Of a DNA stretch of 64,000 bases, positions 51,219 to 64,000 are shown in pieces. Position numbers and translations under genes: made by a program. The stretch is from contig NW_021836317.1 in NCBI RefSeq assembly GCF_006345805.1, positions 3,290 through 67,289 of the forward strand. Direction: 5' to 3'. Source of the DNA: Octopus sinensis (lineage: Eukaryota). The notes beneath the pieces are model-generated. The model saw only the letters and a list, made by a program, of their open reading frames with translations, made no database searches and was not told where the DNA came from. Every line of letters begins with the position of its first letter. Positions within the stretch are counted from its first letter, which is position 1.

Positions 51219-54200
51219 TGCAGTCCATGTAAAGTTCGCTTACTGCGTTTCATTGAAAAGACGTTTCTCAGACTGAGTATATTCGAGAATGCACATCAAC
51301 AATGTGGTTTATACCGATCCCACAACTGCGTGATAGTAAAGGGCTGATTTTTTTGACTCAGTAACGACCTGGGAATGTTAATGTTATATTTTCTTTAAAT
51401 TTATCGGCGATACAAATTACTGGTAATATTTTGTGATAGTATGATGAATGTCACATGTAAGAGATTTAAAAACTGGTGAAGCGGTGATCCACCATGCAAT
51501 GAACTTTCTGCTTCCTGGAGCTGTTGAGATTTACCTTTTTAAAATTGTACTTTTTTGTTCTCTGTTTCCTTCATGGTTTTTATGCTGTTGTTTATTAAGT
51601 TGCTGTTATCGCTGGATAGACAGTATGATTCATGGTCTGATATGATTAAATACGAGTCAGTAGTAATAATTGTGTCTGTTGTTTAAGGGATGGTGATTTT
51701 ATTTTTACATTCGTGTCGTGCTTTATTTAAATATGCAGGGTATATTGTGAGTGATATTTAGTTGCAACGTCCAGCAGTTACAATCCATTGCGGCTTAATA
51801 ATTCTGTAAACCGATTCACATCTCATAACATTTTTATATCCGAAACAACGGATGAATAGCAAATGCCATGGCATTTGTATTGCTCGTGGTACCTGTGTCA
51901 GGGGGAGATAAATTATGACTCCACGGCTTATTAAGCTGACGTTATAAAACGAAGAGCATCGTCGTATCGGATTATCTTTCCATAAACTGGAAGCATATTT
52001 CACGATATTTCTATAAACTGGATACAGTAAAAGGTTCCCTTGGAGCAGATGATGTATTGCATTTTAATATAAGCTCGCTACCTCACAAATTTCTTGTTTA
52101 TTACCAATGCCGAGTTCTTACACGACTTCACATTCTACGCTTCGCGCTAGGCGTTCACCTCGAAGAGAAGTTTAACAGGATATCAAGACCATTTTTGTAT
52201 CATTCGATTAAGCTAATCGTTTTATCGATTCCCTGTTGTATATATCGATGATCCACAGACGTGCAGAGGAAGGATAACGAATATCATTTTCTAATGTGTA
52301 CTACTTATGTGGGACACGGTGTCTTCTACTATATTTATCGGGAATTATAATCGAATGTCTTATTTGCTTTATGGTATATTAAGAAACAACACCTTAGCAG
52401 TGGTTATATTTAGTTCATATCTTTAATACCCTAATGCATGCCAATGCGCTCAAGATATTTTGCAATATTAGGAAGGATTATCAACTCTAAGAAACAAACT
52501 GATCTGATTCCCTATATCCCTTCACCATGTTTACCGATTCCAATTCCATTAGTGGAATAAATGATAATGTGAAATCCCACAAAAATATAATGGTATTTCA
52601 AATTGTAAATCCGTTTTGCTGTCCTTGGATTCCGTATCGGCGTAATGGGAGATCAAAATATCTATTACAACATATCTTCATATGCCTTCTATATTTAAGC
52701 ATATCGGAGGCAAATACTATTGCAACAGACTTGCTCAATGATTACATCCGTTTCAACAGCTACTTTCTTGAGCAGTGGTTCTCAAACGTAATTTGTGAGG
52801 AATCCGTATTTGGTTTTCTAAGATTTGAAGAAACATTGGTTATCTTTGGCAGAAAAGACTCGACAATTTTCATTCTTACATGACATGAATAAAAGAAAAC
52901 TTCTCTTTAAGATAGTCACATAAAAATATCAGAATAAATGAAATGTTTTATCGTATGCGTGTGACAGTCATTGGGCTGTAGACACACAGGTGTGCCGCCT
53001 TGAGTGACACTGTCTCACAGATCCAATCAGGTACTTATTTTGAAGCCTGGCAATCTATAAGAATCCATTACCGAACTGCTCGGTTATGGGAACATAAGCA
53101 AAACAACACTGGTTGCCAAGCAGTGGCAGGGCACATACATATATATATGGCTTGATACTGAAATAAACTCAGAAACGAGTAAATTCTATACTGGCATTAA
53201 AAAAGAAACAAAAGTATTGGTTAGTCTTTTCTAAGATATGGATATCTGGAGAACAAACTAATATATTACTCATGTAGAAGGCAATGTTTATTAATACTCG
53301 GCAAATAAATACAAGTGATTTATCTCGACAGAAATCCTTCATTGAAGTCTTTTCGATACGATCGAAAAATCTCTGGACCCATCAGTGTTCCGTTCATCCC
53401 AGGTGTTCCAACCATGTTATTTTGTGTGTCTCTAATCAATATACCTGTATTCTTTTTGACGTTAGAGTAGCTTCTATTGATATTTCGCCATGTGATATTT
53501 TCCTATTAATTTCTCCATATTTCTCTTGTTATTATTATTATTATTATTTTTCGATTATTATTTTTTTAATATTGTATTCTTGTATGTTAGTTTGCCCCGT
53601 TTCAATTTATTTATCTATTTGCTCTGCTAAACTTTACGTGTGTCCCCAAAGTATCTGAAAATAGACGCCCGTGTAACAAGAAAATCAAATTCCATTTCTG
53701 TATTTCATATATGATTGAACATTGAAACAATTTCCAAACAGTCTCTTTTTATATATTTATTTCCTTATATATATATATATATTGTTTTGATTTTCATTTT
53801 TAATGAGTTTACTAGGGATGGATAACAAATATTGACAGGTAAGCGAAATGGAATATTGTGAAATAAACAACTTCCAGCACCAGGAATTAGCAGCGTGAAG
53901 TTAAGTTAATAGGGTTGATACGGATGAACAGATAATGACAGATTAGGACGCCATATTGGTAGAGGCTTATCTCTCACTTTATGTTGTTACTTGCTTGTTG
54001 TTGTTGTTGTAGTTGTTATATTTTCTCGTTGCTGGTAATGTTGGCGTCAGTAGCAGCGGAGGGGATGTTTGCGTTTTTGGATTTCTTCAGCTGATTTTCT
54101 CACAGACCTGATCCAGAAGACTTGCGATCACAGGTGTTCCTATCATAAAATAATTCTACTTTTGTTTCACTGATAGTTAATCCAGGAGAAGATTTTCCAA

Positions 54201-54348
54201 TGTGACCCAACCCCTTATTTTTCATATTGTTATTTAATGCCAATAGCATGCCACAGATTCAAAAGTGTGTTTTATATAAGCTGTAATCCCGTACTGATAT
54301 TTCCGGCTTAGTCCGCCGTGGACATAATATCGAATATAATATCGAATA

Positions 54349-54578
54349 AGCGGCGAGCTGGCAGAATCGTTAGCACGCCGGGCGAAATGCTTAGCGGTAT
54401 TTCGCCTGCCGTTACGTTCTGAGTTCAAATTCTGCCGAGGTCGACTTTGCCTTTCATACTTTTGGGATCGATAAATTAAGTGCCAGTTACGCACTGGGGT
54501 CGATGTAATCGACTTAATCCATTTGTCTGTCCTTGTTTGTCCCCTCTATGTTTAGCCCCCTGTGGGCAATAAGGGAAC
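54349..54578 (+). mobile_element. SINE family B monomer with 13-bp target-site duplication
   Basis: Near-consensus copy flanked by ataatatcgaata at 54336-54348 and 54579-54591. Confidence 0.95.
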
Positions 54579-55379
54579 ATAATATCGAATACAGTTTTAT
54601 GTGTCATGACTAAGGCAACGGCAATCATGCTCTTCGTAGGTAAGTTCCTGGTTTTCTCCGGAGAAAGACACAGCAGTCGTTTACCACAAACTTCTGCTGA
54701 TTAATTACAGTTTATGCTAAGTGTCCGAAGCTCTCCTAAGCTTACCTTAACGGGACAAGGGCCAGTTAATCCTACAAATGACATCGAGGGTTGTCCACAT
54801 ACTGCAGGTGTTTTGTGACACACAGCAAGGTGCCATGATTGTTTCGAGCTCCGAAGTTCTTAGTCAAAACACGACCTAGCAGTACATCTATAATTAGTGA
54901 CTAATAGTATACTCAAAACTGCTGTATTTCCGCGTTGGAAATCACAACGAGATTCTCTGAAATGTCTTTTCAGATTCATTAACCTTTTAGAGCCAAGATT
55001 ATCCTCACTTCAACCTCTATCAAAGGACTAATAATATAAGTTGTTCCTTCCATCGACTCTCAAATTAGACACAGTACACTTTGGAATACTTTGCTCCAGG
55101 TATCCGTCAGTGTTATTAATTTTTAGCGCCAAGAAGCCTTTAATCGCAGGTGCCCTGGACATGACCATCATGACTAACGTTTCGTCACATAAACAAGGGG
55201 CACCACGTGTATCGTTAGGAGATTTAGAAGAGCTTCAACTTTATCATAAGGGCTCTGATCAAAGTTAATTCTACTAAGGTTACCATGCTTTGTATTAAAT
55301 ACACTATCTTTATGTTTATTTCACCCGTTTATTTCAACGTTCTCTAATCGAATATAATTCAGCAGTGATCTACAGAATT

Positions 55380-55800
55380 AAGTTTAGGTATTGCGTATCT
55401 ACATCTACACAATACAATCCTTTTTACCAGTTTTAAGACGCCAACGATAACCAGTTACCTATGTTTATCATCAGACTTGGAAAGTTGCTCAAAGCATACC
55501 ATCAACGTATGCTATGTCTAACACAACCTTCAACAAGATAAGTGGAATGAAGATTTAGCAGCGGTGGTTATTCAGAAAGAATTGCAGACAAAAGTGCAAA
55601 ACCTAACTAGGAAGCCTCTGTTTCTTCACTCTTTCTGCTGCACATGGTACGCAAAATTATTCAGGTCTCGGTTACCAGATGCTTTCAGATCGTTCTTCTA
55701 TTATTCCTGAAAATACGCAAGTTTCCGTAGAATGTATATAAAAAGAAATAATGAATATGGCAATATGGAATGAGCAGTGCATGGATAAAACTATTGTTGG
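55380..55800 (+). pseudogene. Possible RTE LINE remnant
   Basis: KLLKAYHQRML and MLSDRSS resemble the LExFHQRCLR and LAxDRSxW motifs. Very degraded. Confidence 0.4.
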
Positions 55801-56566
55801 ATCAAACTAATGCAATAATAAACGAAGAGTGCGCCGAAACACTTGTGGTGAATCAAGGATAAAGCCTGTTCATTTCATTTTCTCTTATTAAAATACTGAT
55901 ACACACGCACAAACACACGCACACACACACACGCACATCCACACAGATACATATATTTGTGTTCATGTGTATGTATGTGTATATATATACAAATATATAA
56001 CTTACATAAAAATATATATTTACAGACAGACACACACACATACGCACACACAAATATTTCCTTTGGAATTTGGTTTGCGAGATTCTTTATGTGAGTTCGT
56101 GTGTGTTGAAGCATAATCACTGCAAGAGGCTTAATATCGACATTGTGAGTGTATATATATATATGATGAATTGATGTACATATGTCCTTATATAACACAA
56201 TAGACTTATATAAGCTTGTACAGTCGTGTACGTGGTTTGATAGAATGGTATAACGTATTTTTGTGTCCGTGTATACCACGTTCTATTGGAAGACCAGGAA
56301 TTATTCTCCAGGCATCAACTTCGTACCATTATGTAAATAAGTTTATAACTAGACGTATTCCTGTTTACATTTTTATAAATAGCTTTTCTCTAACTATCAT
56401 CTTTAGTTGAAAATGAGGATGTATTAATCGATTGCTTGTGAAACCAAGCTGCCTACGAAAGTCCCCGGGGTTGTATTTTCACGACCGGACAACATAGATA
56501 CAGCTACGGTTCCTAATATTTACGCACAAAAATACGATAAGGCCAGACTTTACGTCAAGAACATTG

Positions 56567-56794
56567 CTCTTTTACTCTTTTACTTTTTTACTCTTTTACT
56601 TGTTTCAGTCATTTGACTGCGGCCATGCTGGAACACCGCTTTTAATCGAGAAACTCGACCCCGGGACTTATTCTTTTGTAAGCCCAGTACTTATTCTATC
56701 GGTCTCTGTTGCCGAACCGCTAAGTGACGGTGACGTAAACACACCAGCATCGGTTGTCAAGCAGTGCTAGGGGGACAAACACGGACACACAAAC

Positions 56795-56866
<72 letters not shown>

Positions 56867-57119
56867 AGATATAATATATATATATATATTGTGTTGTGTG
56901 TGGTGTGTGTGTAATATATATATATCATATATATATATATATATTATATATATATACGACAGGCTTCTTTCAGTTTCCGTCTACCAAATCCACTCACAAG
57001 GCATTGGTCGGCCCGGGGCTATGGCACAAGACACTTGCTCAAGATGCCACGCAGAGGGACTCAACCCGGAACCATGTGGTTGGTTAGCAAGCTACTTACT
57101 ACACAGCCACTCCTGCGCC
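56567..57119 (-). mobile_element. SINE family A, full length, internal microsatellite expanded to about 170 bp
   Basis: Consensus flanks with a CA/TA/TG expansion at about 56785-56956. Confidence 0.92.
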
Positions 57120-57359
57120 ACATTGCAATACAATGTGAACCAAAATATTGTAAGTACAATCGTATATTAAAATATCACCATTGTAATAAAAGTAGCAGAT
57201 ATATGTTAAAGCTCAATGATCATCCAATGAAAATTAGCCGGAAATGGGTAGGATGTGCAAACAGTACCAATAATTTTGCAGTACCACAGCGATAATTACG
57301 AAGAAAATAAACGAGAAAAACATTCAAAACTATTGCTTACCATTTCTTGTTCATCTTGT

Positions 57360-57925
57360 CTTTCCTATAGATCTGAGGCCAAAAATTCGAGGGATGGGCT
57401 AGTCCATTAAATCGTTCCCTGTACTTATTTTTAAAAACCTCAAAGGGCCAAAAGGCAAAGTTGAGCTCGGTGTAATTTGAATCCCCAGCTTAAAGACGGC
57501 GTTACAAATTATTCTGCCGACTCGCCATCATAAACATGTTCACATAATACTCTAATTTATTGTAAGCACGATGCCTGAAATTTAGTGGTAAGGGCTAATC
57601 GATTCCATCGACCCTGACACCTAAGAGGCACTTATCGATCATAAAAGGATAAGATGCAACGTAAAAAAGAACCGAATGCTGCGAAGTTCTGTTAACTCAC
57701 CGACACAAGCATATGTAATATAATAGCACTATGATAAATAGACTATACAATATACTTAAGCATTTTCGTCTGTCTTTATGTTCTGAGTTCAAATTCCGCT
57801 GAGGTCGACTTTGTTTTCATCCTTTCTGGGTCGATAAATTAAATACCAGTTGCGTGTTGGATTCGATCTAATCGATTGCACCCTGTTCCAAAATCTCGGG
57901 CCTTGTGCCTAGAATAGAAAAGAAC
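57360..57925. mobile_element. Three diverged SINE B copies (two minus, one plus)
   Basis: 57360-57530 (-), 57565-57700 (-) and 57760-57925 (+, flanked by atactta(a/g)gcattt). Confidence 0.7.
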
Positions 57926-58682
57926 ATACTTAGGCATTTATAGGTATGATCCAAAACCTTAAATCTAAAGACTGAAAATCCACGTTGCACTTAAATATTA
58001 CATGCAACGCATAATAGTCCTCCGTGCAACGCTGCTGGACCCCTCGTCCGGCGCCTCTGAATACCCAAGCAACGCAACTCGATTCTCCATTCAATGTACC
58101 AACATACTTATTTCAATAAACACTTTAGGACCAACACTGTACTAAAGACAGTAGTAGACATAAAAAAAAACCTCGATACATGAGGTGCTGTTTACGAGAA
58201 ATAACTCACGATAAAATTTATCACACAACTCATAAATGACGTTCTTTAAGAACAACCTACCCGACATTGCGACAGTGAGCCGTAAACACAACATATGCAT
58301 TATATAAATTAAGCACCAATTGAAACTGGTGTGTAAAATTTGAAACAAATAATACTTAAATTGTTAAAGACTATATCGATACCTATAAGTCAGCTTCACA
58401 GTTTGAATGGTTGATGTTTATAAAACATTAACCATTTAAGTGTAAATGTGTAAGGTGTGGAAGAGAGTGACAGAGAGAAAGTTGGTGACTGTGTGGGGAA
58501 GAGAGCGAGGAAGATAGAGAAAGATAGAGTGAGGGAGAGAGAGTGAGAGAGAGAGAGAGAGCGAGGGAGAGTTAATAATCCTGGCCAAGAAAATATGCAT
58601 AAATAATGAAACTATTAGAATATCGATGTTCTTTGGAATTACATGTAACAGATCGTCACTTGGGAATAAAGAAGTTCATCCT

Positions 58683-58683
<1 letters not shown>

Positions 58684-58721
<38 letters not shown>

Positions 58722-58945
58722 GGTCATAGTCATCATTACATCATTAGTATCATTACCATGGTGATGATAATCATCGTTTTTGCCCTCGCCCCCGTCATCA
58801 TCGTCATCGTCGTCATATCTCTCGCCGTCAACAGCGCCGTCGTCTCGTCAACAACGGCACCAGCACCAGCACCCCCTCCACCACCACCACCACCATCACC
58901 ACCACCACCACCGCCGCCGCCGCCATCGTCCACGTCGCCTTCAAA
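58684..58945. repeat. Compound (CAT)n/(CGT)n/(CAC)n/(CGC)n trinucleotide tract
   Basis: Direct reading. It explains the poly-His/poly-Pro ORF. Confidence 0.85.
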
Positions 58946-58998
58946 CACATCACTGATATTCTTTATCTCATCATTTTTCTCTCTATCCATATTATATA

Positions 58999-59040
<42 letters not shown>

Positions 59041-59163
59041 GTATATATATGTATATATATGTACATAAGCATACCTGTGTGTACGTATGAATATATACAT
59101 ACATACATATATATATAGATGTACATATATGTATATATGTGTGTGTGGTAGATAAATAAATAG

Positions 59164-59225
<62 letters not shown>

Positions 59226-59226
59226 A

Positions 59227-59263
<37 letters not shown>

Positions 59264-59266
59264 TAT

Positions 59267-59310
<44 letters not shown>

Positions 59311-60330
59311 AATACATATAGATATAATATCTATATATATATATATAAGGAATACATATATATATACAAATATAACACAAAGAAAAAACAAATAAATTAT
59401 AAATATAAATGAAATAAAACCCAAAATATAAAATAAAGAGAATTAAAATAAAATAATATAAATATAAACATGAAACCAGCTAGACAATTATTTTCCTTTG
59501 AATATAAATTTCCTTCTTGACATTTTCGTAATTCCGCTTCGCTTCGAAATGGATGGTTAGATAATAGTGTGAAGGAAAATATGCGTTGTAAGTTTAAGAA
59601 GAGGGTGATTGTGTTTGTTTGGTTGTCCTTGTACTGTTTGTTATGTGTATATAACAGCGCGCGTGTGTGTATAGAATTGTGTGTATGAGTGTTTAAGACT
59701 ATCGATGTAGGATTCTACATACATTCTCTTTTTCCTTTTTGTTGAAGGTTTGGGATCTTTAAATGTATACTACGGTGTGTTCGTGAATACACATATGCGT
59801 ACGTACATACATACAAATAAATATATATACATAGTTTGTACATAGTATTGCATACATAGATACCTACATACAAACAACACATACGTGCATACACAAAAGT
59901 ATATGTACGTACATACATGCATACATACACATGTACACACATATGCATATTATCTTAAATATATATAGGTATGCATGTATGCAAATACAAACACGAGTAA
60001 ATTTGTATTTATATATGTGTTTGTGTGTGTGTGTGTGCGTGTATATATATACATGTATATATAAATATATGTGTGTGTGCGCGTGTATATATATATAAAT
60101 ATATATGTGTGCGCTTATATATATATATATATATACATATATATATGTGTGTGTGTGTATGTATGTGTGTACATATAGATATATCAATGCATATATTTTT
60201 ACATTTATATGCATATTTATTTTTCTGTGTATGTGAATATTTTTATATATACATACACATATACGCACATACACACATACACACACTAATATATATGCAT
60301 ACAAACAGAAATTTACACATATGTAACCAA

Positions 60331-60371
<41 letters not shown>

Positions 60372-60455
60372 GATGTATGTATATATAGACATACATACGT
60401 ACACAATATACATATTACATATACACATTTTATATATTATATATACATATATATC

Positions 60456-60486
<31 letters not shown>

Positions 60487-61235
60487 GATTGTACATATAT
60501 ACACGTACTTATACAGAGGTGTGTAGCTACATGTGTGTCTTTCGATATGTACACACATACATGGTGCGTCATGAATGTCTATGTTTTAGCATCGCAAAAT
60601 GTAGAAAGGCATTAGGTTTGCGCTTCTTTTATTTTTTTCGTTTCTTTTCTTTTTGGAATGAATATAAAAGACATCATTACACCATTCCCATGTATAGTTT
60701 ATTTCTTTCGTATTATCAATATTGTTTACATTTTCTTTCGTTTTCTGTCTTAATACTCTGTAAACGATGATGAGCAAAAGATAGGACAAAAAAAAAAAAA
60801 CAAACGAAGCAATACTTCAACTATTGGGTACGTTATATGTCATGTTTAGAGATCATTGCAAGACAATCTAAATGGCAGCCGTATGATGCAGGATTCTGTT
60901 TAACAAATATCTGTATTTGTTATTTAAATATCTATATATCTTAGTTAAACTGATTTTTTCCCCTTACCAGAACGAGTTTCACACCACTGTTGTATTCAGA
61001 TGTGTACCTATAGATAACGTATTTATTATCGGGGACCGTATTGGGTACACAGACATGAAGATGGAACACACATACAAACACATACAAGCAAATTCGCATG
61101 CGAACGCCCGCATACACGCACACACACTCATACATACAACGGACATACACATATGTACAGTCATACGCGCATATATATACATGTGTGTGTAGGAATTATA
61201 TGTGGCGAAAGAAAGACAGAGTAGAATCTATATAC

Positions 61236-61288
<53 letters not shown>

Positions 61289-61431
61289 GATACTATCTAT
61301 CTATCTATCTATATACTATCTATCTCTATCTCTCTATCTATCTATCTTATCTCTCTATCTATCTATCTATCTATCTATCTATATATCTATCTATCTATCT
61401 ATATATCTATCTATTATCTATCTGTCCATCC

Positions 61432-61467
<36 letters not shown>

Positions 61468-61470
61468 CTC

Positions 61471-61502
<32 letters not shown>

Positions 61503-61509
61503 GTCATCC

Positions 61510-61547
<38 letters not shown>

Positions 61548-61548
61548 A

Positions 61549-61591
<43 letters not shown>

Positions 61592-61637
61592 ATAATCTAT
61601 CTATCTGTCCATCCATCCATCCATCTATCAATCTATA

Positions 61638-61696
<59 letters not shown>

Positions 61697-61697
61697 A
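61236..61697. repeat. (TATC)n microsatellite, about 460 bp
   Basis: Direct reading. Confidence 0.95.
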
Positions 61698-62154
61698 TAA
61701 ACAGCGCGTGTGTGAGATAGCTCGCTTAGTAGATACATTAGATAGGTAGATAGATAGATGCATAGATATATAAATAGATACCAAAATATTTACATATACA
61801 TAGATGTAGTTCCTTAATTTTAAATTCTTCACCCTGGGCTTTAGATTTTTTGTTATCGGAACACAAACAGTTTTCCGTTTATTCTCTCAAATTCCCAACC
61901 AATTCCATATTCTTCTGCCGGGTACCAATACACCACTGTTTATTTTTTGCTGTTCATCTTAACCAGCTACAATTATTTCTCAGATTTCCTTATTTCTCAG
62001 AATTCAACAAGAATTCCATTTCCACTCTCCATATGTCCCTCTGTGTTTTATTTAGAGTCACAGCAAATAAATTATACGTAGTTCATTGGCCGATCCGGTC
62101 AAAAGCCATATTTATCTGACGAATTTTTTAGTCTTTATACAGAATCACAGCCAA

Positions 62155-62315
62155 GGAGGCGCAGTAGTTAGGGCAGTGGACTCGCGGTCGTAACAACGCG
62201 GTTTCGATTCCCAGACCGGGCATTGTGAGTGTTTATTGAGCAAAATCACCTAAGCTCTATGAGGATCCGTCGGGGTGTGTGGGTGAACCCTGCTGTACTC
62301 TTTCACGACAATTTT
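62155..62315 (+). mobile_element. OR-like SINE 5' part (tRNA-Arg-like head)
   Basis: ggaggcgc..gttagggcagtggactcgcggtc..ggtttcgattccc, with TCG at the anticodon-like position. Confidence 0.8.
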
Positions 62316-62348
62316 ATATATATATATATATATAATATATATATATAT

Positions 62349-62530
62349 ATGATAGATTGTTAGCCACTACACGCATTTTTTTCTCTCCCGTGTTCCTCTC
62401 TGTCGAAGAGCGTAGGCGTGAAACGTAAAAGACTTTTTCTATTCCTGAGCGTTATACTAATACATCTGTTTGTTTTGTACACCACCTGTCTTCGTCTTTT
62501 GTTTTCTTCGTAAAATCTCCCCCCCCCCCC
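62349..62530 (+). mobile_element. Short element D, copy 3
   Basis: atgatagattgttagccactacac...ctctgtcgaagagcgtaggcgtgaaacgtaaaagac...gtaaaatctccc then (TA)n. Confidence 0.7.
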
Positions 62531-62543
62531 TATATATATATAC

Positions 62544-62722
62544 TTTACAAGATAAGGGCAGAAGAAAAATTGTAATGCCAGATACGCCGGCGTATCTGGC
62601 ATTAGAATTTTTCTTCTGCCCTTATTTTGTAAATTATGTATAAATTTTACCTTTAAAAGCATTTTTTTATATGCTGGCCATTGATAAATATTTTTCCCGA
62701 AACAAATTTTATCCTATATCAT
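62544..62722 (+). mobile_element. PLE-like fold-back element: 90-bp loopless palindrome plus tail
   Basis: 62544-62633 is centred on gatacgcc|ggcgtatc with two mismatches. The tail runs to (TA)n. Confidence 0.7.
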
Positions 62723-62819
62723 TATATATATATATATATAATATATATATTATATTAATATATATATTATATATTATATTTATATATATATTTGTATATA
62801 TATATTGATATAAACCGTA

Positions 62820-63010
62820 ATATCATTCAATATATCTTCAAAGGATGCCTGATTAGCCACCTATACCTGGATGTATCTCTTTCAGCAACATCTCCCTACT
62901 TGAATGGGTCATGATACCACAAAAGCCGACTTAAAATGACTTAAAATATAGTATCAGGATATGGGGTTAACTTAGACATGGCCTGGGTCGATCTTTGTTA
63001 TTCTAAGTTA
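62820..63010 (+). pseudogene. Diverged copy of the CR1-group 3' end at 44970-45315
   Basis: Shared cttcaaag..agccacc, ctacttgaatgg and ttagacatggcctgg blocks. Confidence 0.65.
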
Positions 63011-63321
63011 CGATTGTGAATAATAAACACAACTTGCACAACATAAAATTTTGATAAAACACAATTCGGCAGAAATTGAGACTTTCTTTATGTTAGTGTT
63101 TCTAAACGAACTTACGATGAATGTGAAGTGCACGCTTGTATATAAACGCGTGGCATCTATATCAATGTAACACGGCTACGATGAACATGCGATCTTTCAG
63201 CTACCTTATAGAAGATGTACCTATAAAAATTATATTTCGTTGTTTACAGTCATCCGAAATCCATTTCTGTGTATCCCTCTATCTAACTATCTTTATCTCT
63301 ATCTGTGTGTGTGCGTGTGTG

Positions 63322-63360
<39 letters not shown>

Positions 63361-64000
63361 CATGTATATATGCACACTCATATGAATGTATATGCGTATG
63401 TGTGTATGCATGTACATATATGTATATATATATATATATGTATGTATATATATATGTATATATTATATATATAATATAGATATATATATATATTATATAT
63501 ATATATATGTTCATATTAAAATTATTATATATATATATATATATATGCATACATATTCATATACAAATACTCACAAACACACATATGTATATATATATGT
63601 ATGTATGCATGTAAATATGTATAATGTATGTATGTATGTATATATGTATGTATGTGTATACGTATGTAGGTATGATTGATCCACTCTTTGCATTGTTATC
63701 CGATATTTGCTTGGACCACAACAATAGCGCACGAAACATAATAAATATTGAAAAGTTTTGAAAATTTTTCTCTTCGACTCTGTAATATCCTCGGAAAGCA
63801 TGACCGGGTCCATTAACCGTTGGAGAGAAAAGAATAGGGTTTTTGTCTCTTTTCCCCTTTTCAGTGGTTTCCATTTCCATTAGTCGAGTAAATGATGTGA
63901 AATGGAAACCAAAAGGAAATGGAATTCAAACGCTTAGTGCGTGTGGCTGTCCACCATTTTAGTATTAGAATGAAGATGGCATCTTGTTGTATTCGATACA

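Noticed and set aside
52773-52790. hAT-like terminus cagtggttctcaaac (similar at 42407 and 24192-24204)
   Set aside because: No matching second TIR or 8-bp TSD found.
54630-55000. Possible mariner remnant
   Set aside because: Only a vague TIR-like aagttcctgg and no clear catalytic motif.
58626-59090. Poly-His/hydrophobic/poly-Pro 154-aa ORF resembling a membrane protein
   Set aside because: Built from compound trinucleotide repeats running into (TA)n, with no domain or splice support.

Overview
AT-rich eukaryotic DNA that is almost entirely repeats. The SINE families and the (TA)n/(TATC)n/(ATGT)n load resemble octopus repeats; this is from memory and not verified. I see no credible host protein-coding gene. 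Nearly all ORFs in the track are microsatellite translations or SINE read-throughs, and the real coding traces are dead transposon fragments (Tigger/pogo, mariner, CR1-like, RTE and R4/Dong LINEs). Three or four tRNA-derived SINE families, one Helentron-like non-autonomous element and a minisatellite are also present. The most notable signal is a recurring class of short elements embedded in (TA)n tracts, with long fold-back inverted repeats plus a one-sided tail. Several carry minimal type I hammerhead ribozyme motifs, always pointing toward the tail or the abutting (TA)n: an apparently intact one at 2923-2965 (minus), degenerate ones at about 3200, 6240, 26875 and 43590, and a three-copy family with a non-canonical CUGUNGA core. 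This fits Penelope-like element (PLE) remnants or non-autonomous ribozyme-bearing derivatives. A second signal is a SINE that forms head-to-tail multimers with the same junction at five loci. All alignments were done by eye, so boundaries are approximate.
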